DNA from: an uncultured virus (IMG/VR IMGVR_UViG_3300042336_000327) | Lineage: Duplodnaviria > Heunggongvirae > Uroviricota > Caudoviricetes | Strand: one strand, 5' to 3' | DNA: 64,000 bases | IMG/VR virus record: IMGVR_UViG_3300042336_000327 | Span: 1-64,000 of that record | Notes under the pieces: model-generated | What the model saw: the letters and a program-made list of their open reading frames with translations, nothing else | Told to the model about the DNA's origin: nothing | The model's database searches: none | Shown here: piece after piece, positions 1 through 9,823 of the stretch | How positions within the stretch are numbered: position 1 is the stretch's first letter | Layout: each line of letters begins with the position of its first letter | Position numbers and translations under genes: made by a program

Positions 1-1
1 A

Positions 2-3000
2 TTAGTATTTGATAATTCGAATTCAAATGCTGAAGGTGCATCAGCTGTAGTTTCTTCTCTAAAGGGTAAGACAATAACATCTATTGCATCATCAACTATA
101 GAATATTCTAATGCGGTTCTAACCTGGGAAGATAAAAATAAAGCAAGAGTTTATATTACACCATTCCATGTATTAAATAATCGTGATATTGTATCAATAT
201 CTGGTCTATCAACATTTGTTCCAAAAATAGCTGGAAATAGACAGGTATCAATATCAACAGATAGATTTACCGTATTTAAAGATATTCCATCAAATCCAGT
301 TACTCAATCTGGTTTAGTAACAGACATTTATATTTCTACTATACCAAATACCCTTTCTATAGGTTCAAGTATAGGAATAGGTACTGAAATAATGTCAGTA
401 CTAAATATTTTTTCGGAAAGAAAATTATTAAGAGTTAAAAGGGGTGTAAGTGGGACTTCTCACACAACTAGCACTTTGGGATTTGTATATCCCAACTTTA
501 TTGAAATTGGATTACCATTACAATATTTTGATTCGGATTTAAATTCAAAGGTATATTTCAATCCAAATCAGTCTGTTGGTGTTGGTACAACATCTGGAGT
601 TGGAGTAGCAGTTACTTATTCTCTAGGAGAATTAAATTATCAAATAGATATTCCTACACAAAGCATTTATTTACCAGATCACCCATTTAAAACAAATCAA
701 AGACTTATCATTAGGAAGAAGAGTGGAGATCCTATTTCTGTTTCAAATACAGAAACTTCATCACCATTTAATTTGCTAAACTCTTCATTTGAATATGTCT
801 ATGCTATTAACAAATCAAAAGACTACATTGGTATAGTAACTCAAGTTGGTCTAACGACAAATACTAAGGGTTTGTTCTTTAGAACAAATGGTTCTAATAA
901 TTTTGAATATTCATTTGAACCAACATATAATCAAATAACATGCACCATTCAAAAAAATGATGCCGTTGTATCAGTATCCACAGCACATGGACTTATTCCA
1001 GGTGATTCAGTTACTTTAAATGTTGTTCCTAACCAATCTGTAGGTATTGGAACTTCTACTGCGGTTAAATTAAAATTTGCGTCAGATATTCAAAAGTTAT
1101 TGGTTAATCCAGTAGGTTTCAATTCATATCGTGTTAATCCAGCATTAGATACAATAAACATAACATCACATTCATATAAAACTGGTGATAAAGTTTATTA
1201 TTCAGCATCTGATTTAGTATCTTCTGGGCTATCGACGGGAGTTTATTATGTTTATAGAGTAGATAAAGACAATATCAAATTAACAATAACTTATGAAGAC
1301 TCCGTATCCAACCCACCAGTAATAGTTTCAATTGCATCTACTGGTGGTTCTAATCAAGCATTGTCCTTAGTTAATCCAAAATTACAACCAATCAAAGGAA
1401 ATAATTTAGTATTTGATCTAAGCGATTCTTCATTGAGTGGTTACAATTTTAATCTATACTCAGATAAAGACTTTAATAACAAATTTGTATCAATAGCAAA
1501 TACTTCAATCATATCAACAATTGGTGTTGGAACAGTTGGGGTGACTAGCACTGCTAAACTTACTTTAAATTATTCAGAGTTACTTCCAAATTCTCTATTT
1601 TATAATATTGAAAAATCTGGATATATTTCTACAGCTGATGTTAGTGTAAGAAATTATTGTGAGATTTCTTTCATTAATAGTTACTATAATCAAAATTATT
1701 CTGTTGTTGGTGTAGGAACAACTACGTTTATTGTCTCACTATCATCACAACCAGAAAATACTTTATATAACCAAAATAATACTTCTGCTCTAGAGTATTC
1801 TACCACCTCAAAAACAGCATCTGGACCTATTGACAAAATTTCTGTTAATTTTAGTACAAAAACTTATAAAACTTTACCTGGCATAACAAGTATCATCACT
1901 GATAATGGAAGAGATGCTAATTTATTTGTAAAATCTAATGAAATAGGTAAAGTAAGAGATATAAGAATTATAGAACAATCTTTTGAATATCCTTCTGATA
2001 ATACTCTTAGACCTGAAGCAAATATTCCACCAACGATTAAATTAAAAGATTCATTAACAATTGATAGCATTGAAGTTATTGATGGTGGTAGAAATTATAG
2101 CTCCGCACCAGAAATTGTGATTGTTGATGACGAAACTGGGGAAAAGGTTAATAGTGGAATATTAGTTCCAAAAATAAATTCAAATTCAATATCATCTGTT
2201 GAAATTTTTGAATCTCCAACTGGACTTAGTTTCAACTCAAAAACTTTATTTACGACTAATAACTCAAATGGAGTCGGTATTTCCACCATACAATCATCTG
2301 CTTCTGGCATAGTAACTTGTTTCTTAACTACACCTCTAGTTGGATTTACGACTAACGTGTTTAATGCGGGAGACTTAATTTTTGTAGAGGGTATTACAAA
2401 AAATGGAGTAGGTGGATCTGGATTTAATTCCGAAGATTATGGATATACATTCTTCACTGTTTCTTCTTATGAAAATCTTATACCAGCTATAGTTAGATTT
2501 AATCTATCTGGATATACAGCAAATCCAGGAATTGCTGATACAATACAAGGTTCTTATGCGACAATTACAAAATACTCAAACTATCCAAAATTCAAAGTAA
2601 ATCAAAAGAGAACTGAATTTTTAGTAGGGGAGAATTTATATTTAAATAATCTACCTTCAGATCTTTACATTTCTGCAGTTCTAAAAGATTATATCAAAAT
2701 ATCTGGTAGAGATTCATTTAAAGAATCTGACATTGTTAGGGGAACAGAATCTGGTTCTGTGGGAACTATTTCGGAAATTATCCATAGTAGAGGTAAATTC
2801 AATGTTGGATATGGAGTAACTGCTTCTCTTGGTTGGAAAACAAATAGTGGGCAATTAAATAATGATATTCAGGTTTTACCAGATAATGACTATTACCAAA
2901 ATCTCTCATATTCTGTAAAGAGTACAATCCAATATAAAGACTCAATTGATACAATCAATAGACTTTTACATACAACTGGACTTAAAAACTTTGTAGATAC

Positions 3001-6000
3001 TGAAATTATATCTAATAAAAAAGTCTCGATCGGATCTACTTCTGTAGATGGTCTAATAATTTATGATGTAAGTGAAGATAAGAGAGTTGATACAATCTAC
3101 GGATTTGCATTATCAAAAGATACTTCTACTCAAAATGGGACATCTAAGTTCTTAAAGACTTTTAATAAAAAGTTTGTAGATGGTTTGATTTGCAAAACAA
3201 ATAGAGTTCTATCAATAGATGATGTTAGCGATCAATTTACAAATAAAGAAAATGTATCAGATACATTTATTGATTTGGATGAATATACAGATTCCTTTGC
3301 AAGATTCTTAGTTCAGATTAGAAATACCTCAGGAACTCAAATAGCACTATATGAATTATTGCTGATGTATGATAATAACCAGGAATCAGTATTTACTCTA
3401 AGAAAGGGATATTTATCAAATACTGGACTTGGTATAACATTCTCTCCTGGATTCGAAACTGATGCATTAACTACTATATGGAAAGAAGAGGAATTTGCTG
3501 ATGTAACTGGAAATATTGATACATTTGATGTTCTTTCCCTGAGATTTACACCAAATGATCCATATGATACTGATTATGACATAAAATTTATTAAGGAAGT
3601 TTTAAATCCAAATGTTGTTGGAGTTGCATCAACTTCTATTGGTCTGGTTAAAAACCTATCTACAAATACTTTAGTTTCTGCTGGTTCTACTGCAACTATT
3701 TTTGAATATCCAGCTAATCAATATGATGCTGTCCATTCAATGTTCCATATTTCTAACTTGAATGATAATACAATGAATTTTGTGGAAGTTTATTTGAGTC
3801 ATGATGGAACAAATACTTATCTAGCAGATTATTACTTTGATTCTAATTCTTCTGAAGGAATATCTTTTAATGATTTTGGAGAATTTGATGCTTCTTTAGT
3901 GGGTGGGACATTAACATTAAAATATACAAATCCAACTACGTCTCAAGTTAGAGTATTAACTAATGCAGTTGGATTTGGTTCAACATCTGCTGGAATTGGA
4001 ACAATTAGATTTATAAATGATTTCCAACCAGAAGGTACGGAGAGAAGTGCAAAATACCAATCCAATTATGTTGTTGGTACTGGTGTTACAACTATCCTAA
4101 CATGTACATCCTCAGAGATTACATCAATCAAATCTTTAGTTAGTGTTAGCTATGGTTCAACATATGCACTACATCAGATACTAACAATCAATGCCGATGG
4201 AACCGATGTATTTTCTACACAGTATCCTTTCTTATCGGTTGGAAGTACCACGGGTATTGGTACTTTTGGTGCAGATATTTCATCTGGCAATGTTCGAGTA
4301 AGATTTTTCCCAGATGCATCAGTAACTGGTATAGTTACTATTAAGTCATATAATGAAATAATTTATACCGATTTAGATTTAGAAAATTCTTACCCAGAAA
4401 TAACCTATGGATTTAATAGAACACAAAGTATCGGAATAGGATTATTTGATTCATTTAATAGTAAGAGAATCAATAAAACGGAATTTGAACTAGAGTATAA
4501 TAACACTCCAATTTTTACAAAAGAATTTAATCCTCAAGATAGTTCAATTTTAAACCCAGCAACAGGTAAATTCACAATTCCAAATCACTTCTTTAGTACT
4601 GGAGAAGCTTTAATTTATAAACCTGGTTCTACTATTGCTGGAGTTTCTTCTGCGCCTGTTGGCATTGGTTTAACTGCAGATTCTGTTGGAGTAGTGACAA
4701 ACAGACTTCCATATAGAGTGTGGGCTATTAAAGATAATAACACCGAATTTAGAATTGCAACAAGACCAGAATATGCAACCGCTGGAATTTCTGTAACTTT
4801 CACGACTTTAGGTAGTGGAAATGCACATATATTTGAGATGGTTAAGAAAAATGAAAAAACCATAATTGCAGTTGATGATGTCATTCAGTCTCCACTCGCT
4901 TGGACCCCAATAGTATATACAGTTGATGGTAATGGTGGTTTCATTGGAACAGGAGAAACTGTTTTCTCAATCAGTGGAATTTCTTCAATTGTGACTGGTG
5001 ATATTATTAGAGTTGAAGATGAGTATATGAAAGTCGCTGGAGTTGGACTAGGAACTACCAGCACTGGTCCAATATCTACGGGCATGATTAAATTAGTCAA
5101 TGTTGAAAGGGGATTTGTTGGTACAGTAGCTACCAGTCATATGGATGCTTCAACAGCTAGAGTTTATAAAGGTTCTTACAACATTGTTGGAAACAAAGTA
5201 TTCTTTACAGATCCACCAAAAGGAAGTGGATTAGTAACTTTAGATGATAGCGGACTTCCAAGACCATTTTCTAAATTTAATGGTAGAGTTTTCTTAAGAC
5301 AAAATTATGAAAATAATTTAATATATGATGATATTTCCCAAGACTTCACTGGTATTGGGCAGACTTTTAGACTTACTATTGCTGGCGTCAATACTAGTGG
5401 TATTGAGACTGGAAGTGGATTAGTTTTAATCAATGGATTATTCCAGACACCAACAACTGTAAATAATGCGGGTAATAATTTCTTATATGGAGAAAGTGCT
5501 GGAATATCCAGTATAACATTTACTGGTATTACATCTACTGATGGAACAAAAGTTACATCTATTTCGGATGTAAATCAAAATCAATTCCCAAGAGGCGGTT
5601 TGATTGTTTCTCTTGGATCAACAAATGGATTAGGTTTTGCACCCCTTGTTGGTGCTTCTGTGACTGCTGTGGTTGGTGCAGGTGGTTCGATTGTATCTGT
5701 TGGATTGGGTAGTACAGATATTCTTGGATCTGGATATAATGGACTTACAGCAATTGGTGTTAGTGTTTATCAACCTGGACATACTGGAGTAGCAGCTTCA
5801 ATTAGAGCCAATGTTGGAGCTGGTGGAAGTCTATCATTTACTGTTATTGTTGGTGGAAATGGATATACAGCAAATCCTGATATTTTAGTTTCCGAACCAA
5901 CTTATGAAAATCTACAAATCACTGGGGTTTCTAGATTAGGAATTGGATCTACTACCACTACTGGACTAAATGCATTAATTTCTTTAGAAGTCGGTCCAAA

Positions 6001-8215
6001 TTCAAATCCAATAACTTCTGGAAGAAATGCAGATGCTGCAAGATTGATTCTTGCAAATAAGACGTTAATTGGTGAAGTTGCTGTAGGTAGAATGTTAGCG
6101 GCATTCCCAGCATTTACAGTTCCAGGTGGAAATCAAAATTGTATTGATGATATTGTTGATGTTTTAGAGTGTATTACATACAATCTCCAATATGGTGGTA
6201 ATGACTCAGTATATGATGCTGGTAAGATTTATATCGACAATGCGTACCTTGCTGGAGAGGAAGCAGAATCAATCTATGCATTCCAACAAGCAAGAGATAT
6301 GGCAATTCAAGCCATGAGAAATGAGTCTATAACCATTGGTGGGTACTCTAGTGAAACTCAAGTCTTTGATTATACTATTGAAGGTGATATTTCTGAATTA
6401 CCTGGAGTATATAACCCTGGAGATTGTGCTGATGTTGCCTCAGCAATCACAACATTTGTTGGTATTGTAACATATGCTGTCGGTCTAGGAACAATACCTG
6501 GTTCAAGAACTATCGCGCCAGGATCACTATTTGAAGTTTCCAAATTCATTATTAATAGACCTGGATATGCATTTGAAATTGGAGATGTATTTAAACCAGT
6601 TGGTCTAGTTACCGCGAAAGGTTTGGTTTCTCCAGTAGCAGATTTTCAATTAACAGTCCTTGATGTTTATTATGATAAATTTGCATCATGGCAATTTGGA
6701 CAATTAGACTTTATTGATTCAATTAAACCACTTCAAAATGGAACTCGCTCCGTATTCCCACTCAGATACAATTCCGAGCTAGTGAGTTTTGAAAAAGATG
6801 AGAAAAATAATGATTCCGCACTCATAGATTTAGATGCTGTCTTACTAGTATTCTTAAATGGTGTATTACAAGAACCAAAATCTGCTTATATATTTGATGG
6901 TGGTTCTTCAATTCAGTTTATTTCAGCACCTAAAGTTGAAGATAATATTTCCATATTCTTCTATAATGGAACTAGAGGTGTTGATAGCGAACAGACTGAT
7001 ATTTTAGAGACGATAAAAATTGGAGATTCAGTATTTGTTAATAGGGCAAATGGAATTTCAACGTCATTGTCTCAAATTTCTCAAAGAACTGTTTATGATA
7101 TCCCAACTTCAGATACACTAGAGACAGATCTTTATCAAAATATTGGAATTGATGAATTTAATTATCGCTCTATAGATTGGTCTAAGCAGAAAAGAGACTT
7201 AATTATTAATGGTGATATTGTTTATAAAGATAGGGATTCTTTAGAGGGTCAAATTTATCCAACAGCAAGAGTTATTAAAACAATTCAATCTGGAGATAAT
7301 GAAATATTTGTCGATAACGCTAGATTCTTTAATTATGAAGAGGATGAATCCAGTATTAACATTCCATCATTTGATGCATTAATAATTGAAGATAAGTCTC
7401 CAGTTGCTGCTGCAATTTCTGCAACAGTATCAGTCGCTGGTACTATATCTGGATTAACGATAACCAATGCGGGATTTGGATACACAACTGCAACAGTTTC
7501 TGTTAAGTTTTCAGCTCCTAAGAGATCTTCAGTTGGTGTTGGCACAACTGCTGGACCACAAAATTCTACTTCAATTGCAAGTGCTACTGCAACAATTGTA
7601 AATGGTTCTGTGTCTTCAGTAACTTTGGTAAAACCTGGATTTGGTTATACAAGCACGAATCCACCACAAATTCTCGTTGAACAACCAAAAGTAATTTCAG
7701 AACTAGTAAAAGATATTTCTATAGTTCAAGGTTTCTCTGGAATCATAACTGGAATTACAACTACCGCTGGAATTGGAACTGCCCTTGCACTCAAGTTCTT
7801 TGTTAATGCATATACTGATCTTCAAGTTGGATATCATATATTTGTATCTGGTACAAATGTTGGTAGTGGAGTTACATCAATTTATTCAAATAATAATGAT
7901 GTTATTGGTGTAGGAACTCAATACGTTGATAACATTTACAGAGTAAGTGCTTTACCAGCATTGAATGAAATTGTTTGTAATATCAGATCTAATACAGTGA
8001 CAACTGGAATCCAAACATTAGGAACATCAATTTATAATCCTAATGGATATTATTCATGGGGTAGATTATCTTCTCTATCCAGAGCAAGTAATCCAATATC
8101 TATTGGTGTATCTGGAAGAACAATTAATTCTGGACTATCAACGTTCCCAACAATTCAAAGAAGAGGGTATGGATTGAGAGATAATGGAGCTATTAGAAAA
8201 ATTCTACCAGATTAA
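2..8215 (+). CDS. gp7: Giant baseplate wedge protein (gp7-like wedge initiator), 5'-truncated by the window edge
   Basis: The frame is open from position 2 (LVFDNSNSNAEG...) into the 392..8215 ORF, so M392 is internal. It contains PDNDYYQNLSYSVKS and GxGY/VGVGTT beta-repeats, ends WGRLS...PTIQRRGYGLRDNGA, and lies directly upstream of gp8. Confidence 0.75.
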   Translation, partial: LVFDNSNSNAEGASAVVSSLKGKTITSIASSTIEYSNAVLTWEDKNKARVYITPFHVLNNRDIVSISGLSTFVPKIAGNRQVSISTDRFTVFKDIPSNPVTQSGLVTDIYISTIPNTLSIGSSIGIGTEIMSVLNIFSERKLLRVKRGVSGTSHTTSTLGFVYPNFIEIGLPLQYFDSDLNSKVYFNPNQSVGVGTTSGVGVAVTYSLGELNYQIDIPTQSIYLPDHPFKTNQRLIIRKKSGDPISVSNTETSSPFNLLNSSFEYVYAINKSKDYIGIVTQVGLTTNTKGLFFRTNGSNNFEYSFEPTYNQITCTIQKNDAVVSVSTAHGLIPGDSVTLNVVPNQSVGIGTSTAVKLKFASDIQKLLVNPVGFNSYRVNPALDTINITSHSYKTGDKVYYSASDLVSSGLSTGVYYVYRVDKDNIKLTITYEDSVSNPPVIVSIASTGGSNQALSLVNPKLQPIKGNNLVFDLSDSSLSGYNFNLYSDKDFNNKFVSIANTSIISTIGVGTVGVTSTAKLTLNYSELLPNSLFYNIEKSGYISTADVSVRNYCEISFINSYYNQNYSVVGVGTTTFIVSLSSQPENTLYNQNNTSALEYSTTSKTASGPIDKISVNFSTKTYKTLPGITSIITDNGRDANLFVKSNEIGKVRDIRIIEQSFEYPSDNTLRPEANIPPTIKLKDSLTIDSIEVIDGGRNYSSAPEIVIVDDETGEKVNSGILVPKINSNSISSVEIFESPTGLSFNSKTLFTTNNSNGVGISTIQSSASGIVTCFLTTPLVGFTTNVFNAGDLIFVEGITKNGVGGSGFNSEDYGYTFFTVSSYENLIPAIVRFNLSGYTANPGIADTIQGSYATITKYSNYPKFKVNQKRTEFLVGENLYLNNLPSDLYISAVLKDYIKISGRDSFKESDIVRGTESGSVGTISEIIHSRGKFNVGYGVTASLGWKTNSGQLNNDIQVLPDNDYYQNLSYSVKSTIQYKDSIDTINRLLHTTGLKNFVDTEIISNKKVSIGSTSVDGLIIYDVSEDKRVDTIYGFALSKDTSTQNGTSKFLKTFNKKFVDGLICKTNRVLSIDDVSDQFTNKENVSDTFIDLDEYTDSFARFLVQIRNTSGTQIALYELLLMYDNNQESVFTLRKGYLSNTGLGITFSPGFETDALTTIWKEEEFADVTGNIDTFDVLSLRFTPNDPYDTDYDIKFIKEVLNPNVVGVASTSIGLVKNLSTNTLVSAGSTATIFEYPANQYDAVHSMFHISNLNDNTMNFVEVYLSHDGTNTYLADYYFDSNSSEGISFNDFGEFDASLVGGTLTLKYTNPTTSQVRVLTNAVGFGSTSAGIGTIRFINDFQPEGTERSAKYQSNYVVGTGVTTILTCTSSEITSIKSLVSVSYGSTYALHQILTINADGTDVFSTQYPFLSVGSTTGIGTFGADISSGNVRVRFFPDASVTGIVTIKSYNEIIYTDLDLENSYPEITYGFNRTQSIGIGLFDSFNSKRINKTEFELEYNNTPIFTKEFNPQDSSILNPATGKFTIPNHFFSTGEALIYKPGSTIAGVSSAPVGIGLTADSVGVVTNRLPYRVWAIKDNNTEFRIATRPEYATAGISVTFTTLGSGNAHIFEMVKKNEKTIIAVDDVIQSPLAWTPIVYTVDGNGGFIGTGETVFSISGISSIVTGDIIRVEDEYMKVAGVGLGTTSTGPISTGMIKLVNVERGFVGTVATSHMDASTARVYKGSYNIVGNKVFFTDPPKGSGLVTLDDSGLPRPFSKFNGRVFLRQNYENNLIYDDISQDFTGIGQTFRLTIAGVNTSGIETGSGLVLINGLFQTPTTVNNAGNNFLYGESAGISSITFTGITSTDGTKVTSISDVNQNQFPRGGLIVSLGSTNGLGFAPLVGASVTAVVGAGGSIVSVGLGSTDILGSGYNGLTAIGVSVYQPGHTGVAASIRANVGAGGSLSFTVIVGGNGYTANPDILVSEPTYENLQITGVSRLGIGSTTTTGLNALISLEVGPNSNPITSGRNADAARLILANKTLIGEVAVGRMLAAFPAFTVPGGNQNCIDDIVDVLECITYNLQYGGNDSVYDAGKIYIDNAYLAGEEAESIYAFQQARDMAIQAMRNESITIGGYSSETQVFDYTIEGDISELPGVYNPGDCADVASAITTFVGIVTYAVGLGTIPGSRTIAPGSLFEVSKFIINRPGYAFEIGDVFKPVGLVTAKGLVSPVADFQLTVLDVYYDKFASWQFGQLDFIDSIKPLQNGTRSVFPLRYNSELVSFEKDEKNNDSALIDLDAVLLVFLNGVLQEPKSAYIFDGGSSIQFISAPKVEDNISIFFYNGTRGVDSEQTDILETIKIGDSVFVNRANGISTSLSQISQRTVYDIPTSDTLETDLYQNIGIDEFNYRSIDWSKQKRDLIINGDIVYKDRDSLEGQIYPTARVIKTIQSGDNEIFVDNARFFNYEEDESSINIPSFDALIIEDKSPVAAAISATVSVAGTISGLTITNAGFGYTTATVSVKFSAPKRSSVGVGTTAGPQNSTSIASATATIVNGSVSSVTLVKPGFGYTSTNPPQILVEQPKVISELVKDISIVQGFSGIITGITTTAGIGTALALKFFVNAYTDLQVGYHIFVSGTNVGSGVTSIYSNNNDVIGVGTQYVDNIYRVSALPALNEIVCNIRSNTVTTGIQTLGTSIYNPNGYYSWGRLSSLSRASNPISIGVSGRTINSGLSTFPTIQRRGYGLRDNGAIRKILPD

Positions 8216-8219
8216 CCTT

Positions 8220-8227
8220 AATAAATA
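8220..8227 (+). promoter_or_regulatory. T4-type late promoter (AATAAATA)
   Basis: NATAAATA about 20 nt upstream of the gp8 ATG; a gp55 late sigma factor is encoded in the window. Confidence 0.65.
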
Positions 8228-8246
8228 GAAAGAAAACCGTTTAAAA

Positions 8247-9821
8247 ATGTCGGCAATTATAACTGATCAATTTAGAATATTAAATGCAAACAATTTTGTT
8301 GAATCGGTAGATAGTACCAATAATTCCTATTACATTGTTGTTGGACTGCCAAACCCAACACAAGTCGGTTTTGGTAGAGTGACTAACTGGAATGATAATG
8401 TAGAAACCCCAACAGATAATTTTAGTTATTTGTCCCATGTTCAAGATACTTCTCTCTTTGGGAAAAAAGTTACTTCTTCAAATGTTAGGAGATTGGTAAG
8501 GAGAATTGATTGGACTAGAGGAAGCAGATATGAAATCTACAGACATGATTATAGCACAACAAACCTATCTCCAGTAACTTCATCAAGTCGTTTATACGAT
8601 GCAAATTATTATGTAATGAATAGTGATTATAGAGTCTATATTTGCATTGATAATGGATCGAGTGGAATCAATACAACTGGAAATGCATCTCAAGATGAAC
8701 CACTTTTTACTGATTTAGAACCATCAGTAGCTGGAAATAGTGGTGATGGATATACCTGGAAATACTTATTTACTGTATCCCCAAGTGATATTATAAAATT
8801 TGATTCTACAGAATATATTTCTGTTCCTTCAAATTGGAGCACCAGTACAGATTCCCAAATCCAATCTGTCAGAGAAAACGGTGATTCCACTGTTAATGAA
8901 AATCAAATTAAAAAAATCTATATCGATAACCCTGGACAAAATTATAGTTCAGGTGAAGTAAATATAGTTGGAGATGGAACTGGTGGTAAAGCAGTTATTT
9001 CAGTAGATAGTGGTGGAAAAATAACTTCTGCTGTTGTATCTGCTGGAGGAAAGAATTATACTTATGCTATGGTAGATTTGGGACCTCTACAACCAGCAGG
9101 TAATATCAGCAACCCAGCAAAACTAATTCCAATTATTCCACCATCTAGAGGTCATGGATATGATATCTATAAGGAATTAGGGACTGATAGAGTATTGCTT
9201 TATGCTAGATTTGATGATTCAAATAAAGATTTTCCAACTGATACTGCATTTGCCCAAGTTTCAGTTGTAAAAAATCCATTAAGAGTCAATTCAACTAATG
9301 TTTATGATGAAAGTCAATTTTCTGCAACAAATGCGATTAAGTTGAGAAATGATGGTACTATCAGTGGTGAAAATTATTTAACGATTGGAAAAGAAATATC
9401 CCAAAGTGTAGTTGTTGATGGTAATAATGTTACTGCGGTTGGTTATGTTGCTTCATATGATGAAGAGACTAAAGTAATCAAATACTTTACAGATAGATCT
9501 TTATTCTACCACCCATCAACTTATGATCAGCAGGATTATGTTGGAGTTAGTAGCTTAGGTAGAAGATACGAATTCTCATCATCTGGAGGAACAATAACCA
9601 CTACTGATGGGTTCTCTGGTTCTGTTGATACTGGATATACTGGAATCACTACAAATCCAACTGGAAATAAAAATATAAATCTTGGAATACAATTTACAAA
9701 TGGTCTTGCAGCATCTGAGATAAATAAAGGAACAGGGGATATTATTTACTTAGATAATAGACCTCTTGTTTCAAGAAATTCTAGACAAAAAGAAGACGTT
9801 AAAATTATCCTGGAATTTTAA
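8247..9821 (+). CDS. gp8: Baseplate wedge subunit gp8
   Basis: Start MSAIITDQFRILNA, motifs RRIDW, YRVYICIDN and DGYTWKYLF, C-terminus RQKEDVKIILEF typical of cyanophage gp8. Confidence 0.9.
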   Translation: MSAIITDQFRILNANNFVESVDSTNNSYYIVVGLPNPTQVGFGRVTNWNDNVETPTDNFSYLSHVQDTSLFGKKVTSSNVRRLVRRIDWTRGSRYEIYRHDYSTTNLSPVTSSSRLYDANYYVMNSDYRVYICIDNGSSGINTTGNASQDEPLFTDLEPSVAGNSGDGYTWKYLFTVSPSDIIKFDSTEYISVPSNWSTSTDSQIQSVRENGDSTVNENQIKKIYIDNPGQNYSSGEVNIVGDGTGGKAVISVDSGGKITSAVVSAGGKNYTYAMVDLGPLQPAGNISNPAKLIPIIPPSRGHGYDIYKELGTDRVLLYARFDDSNKDFPTDTAFAQVSVVKNPLRVNSTNVYDESQFSATNAIKLRNDGTISGENYLTIGKEISQSVVVDGNNVTAVGYVASYDEETKVIKYFTDRSLFYHPSTYDQQDYVGVSSLGRRYEFSSSGGTITTTDGFSGSVDTGYTGITTNPTGNKNINLGIQFTNGLAASEINKGTGDIIYLDNRPLVSRNSRQKEDVKIILEF

Positions 9822-9823
9822 AG

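Noticed and set aside
392..394. ATG given as the start of the 2607-aa ORF
   Set aside because: The frame is open back to position 2; the gene begins upstream of the window.
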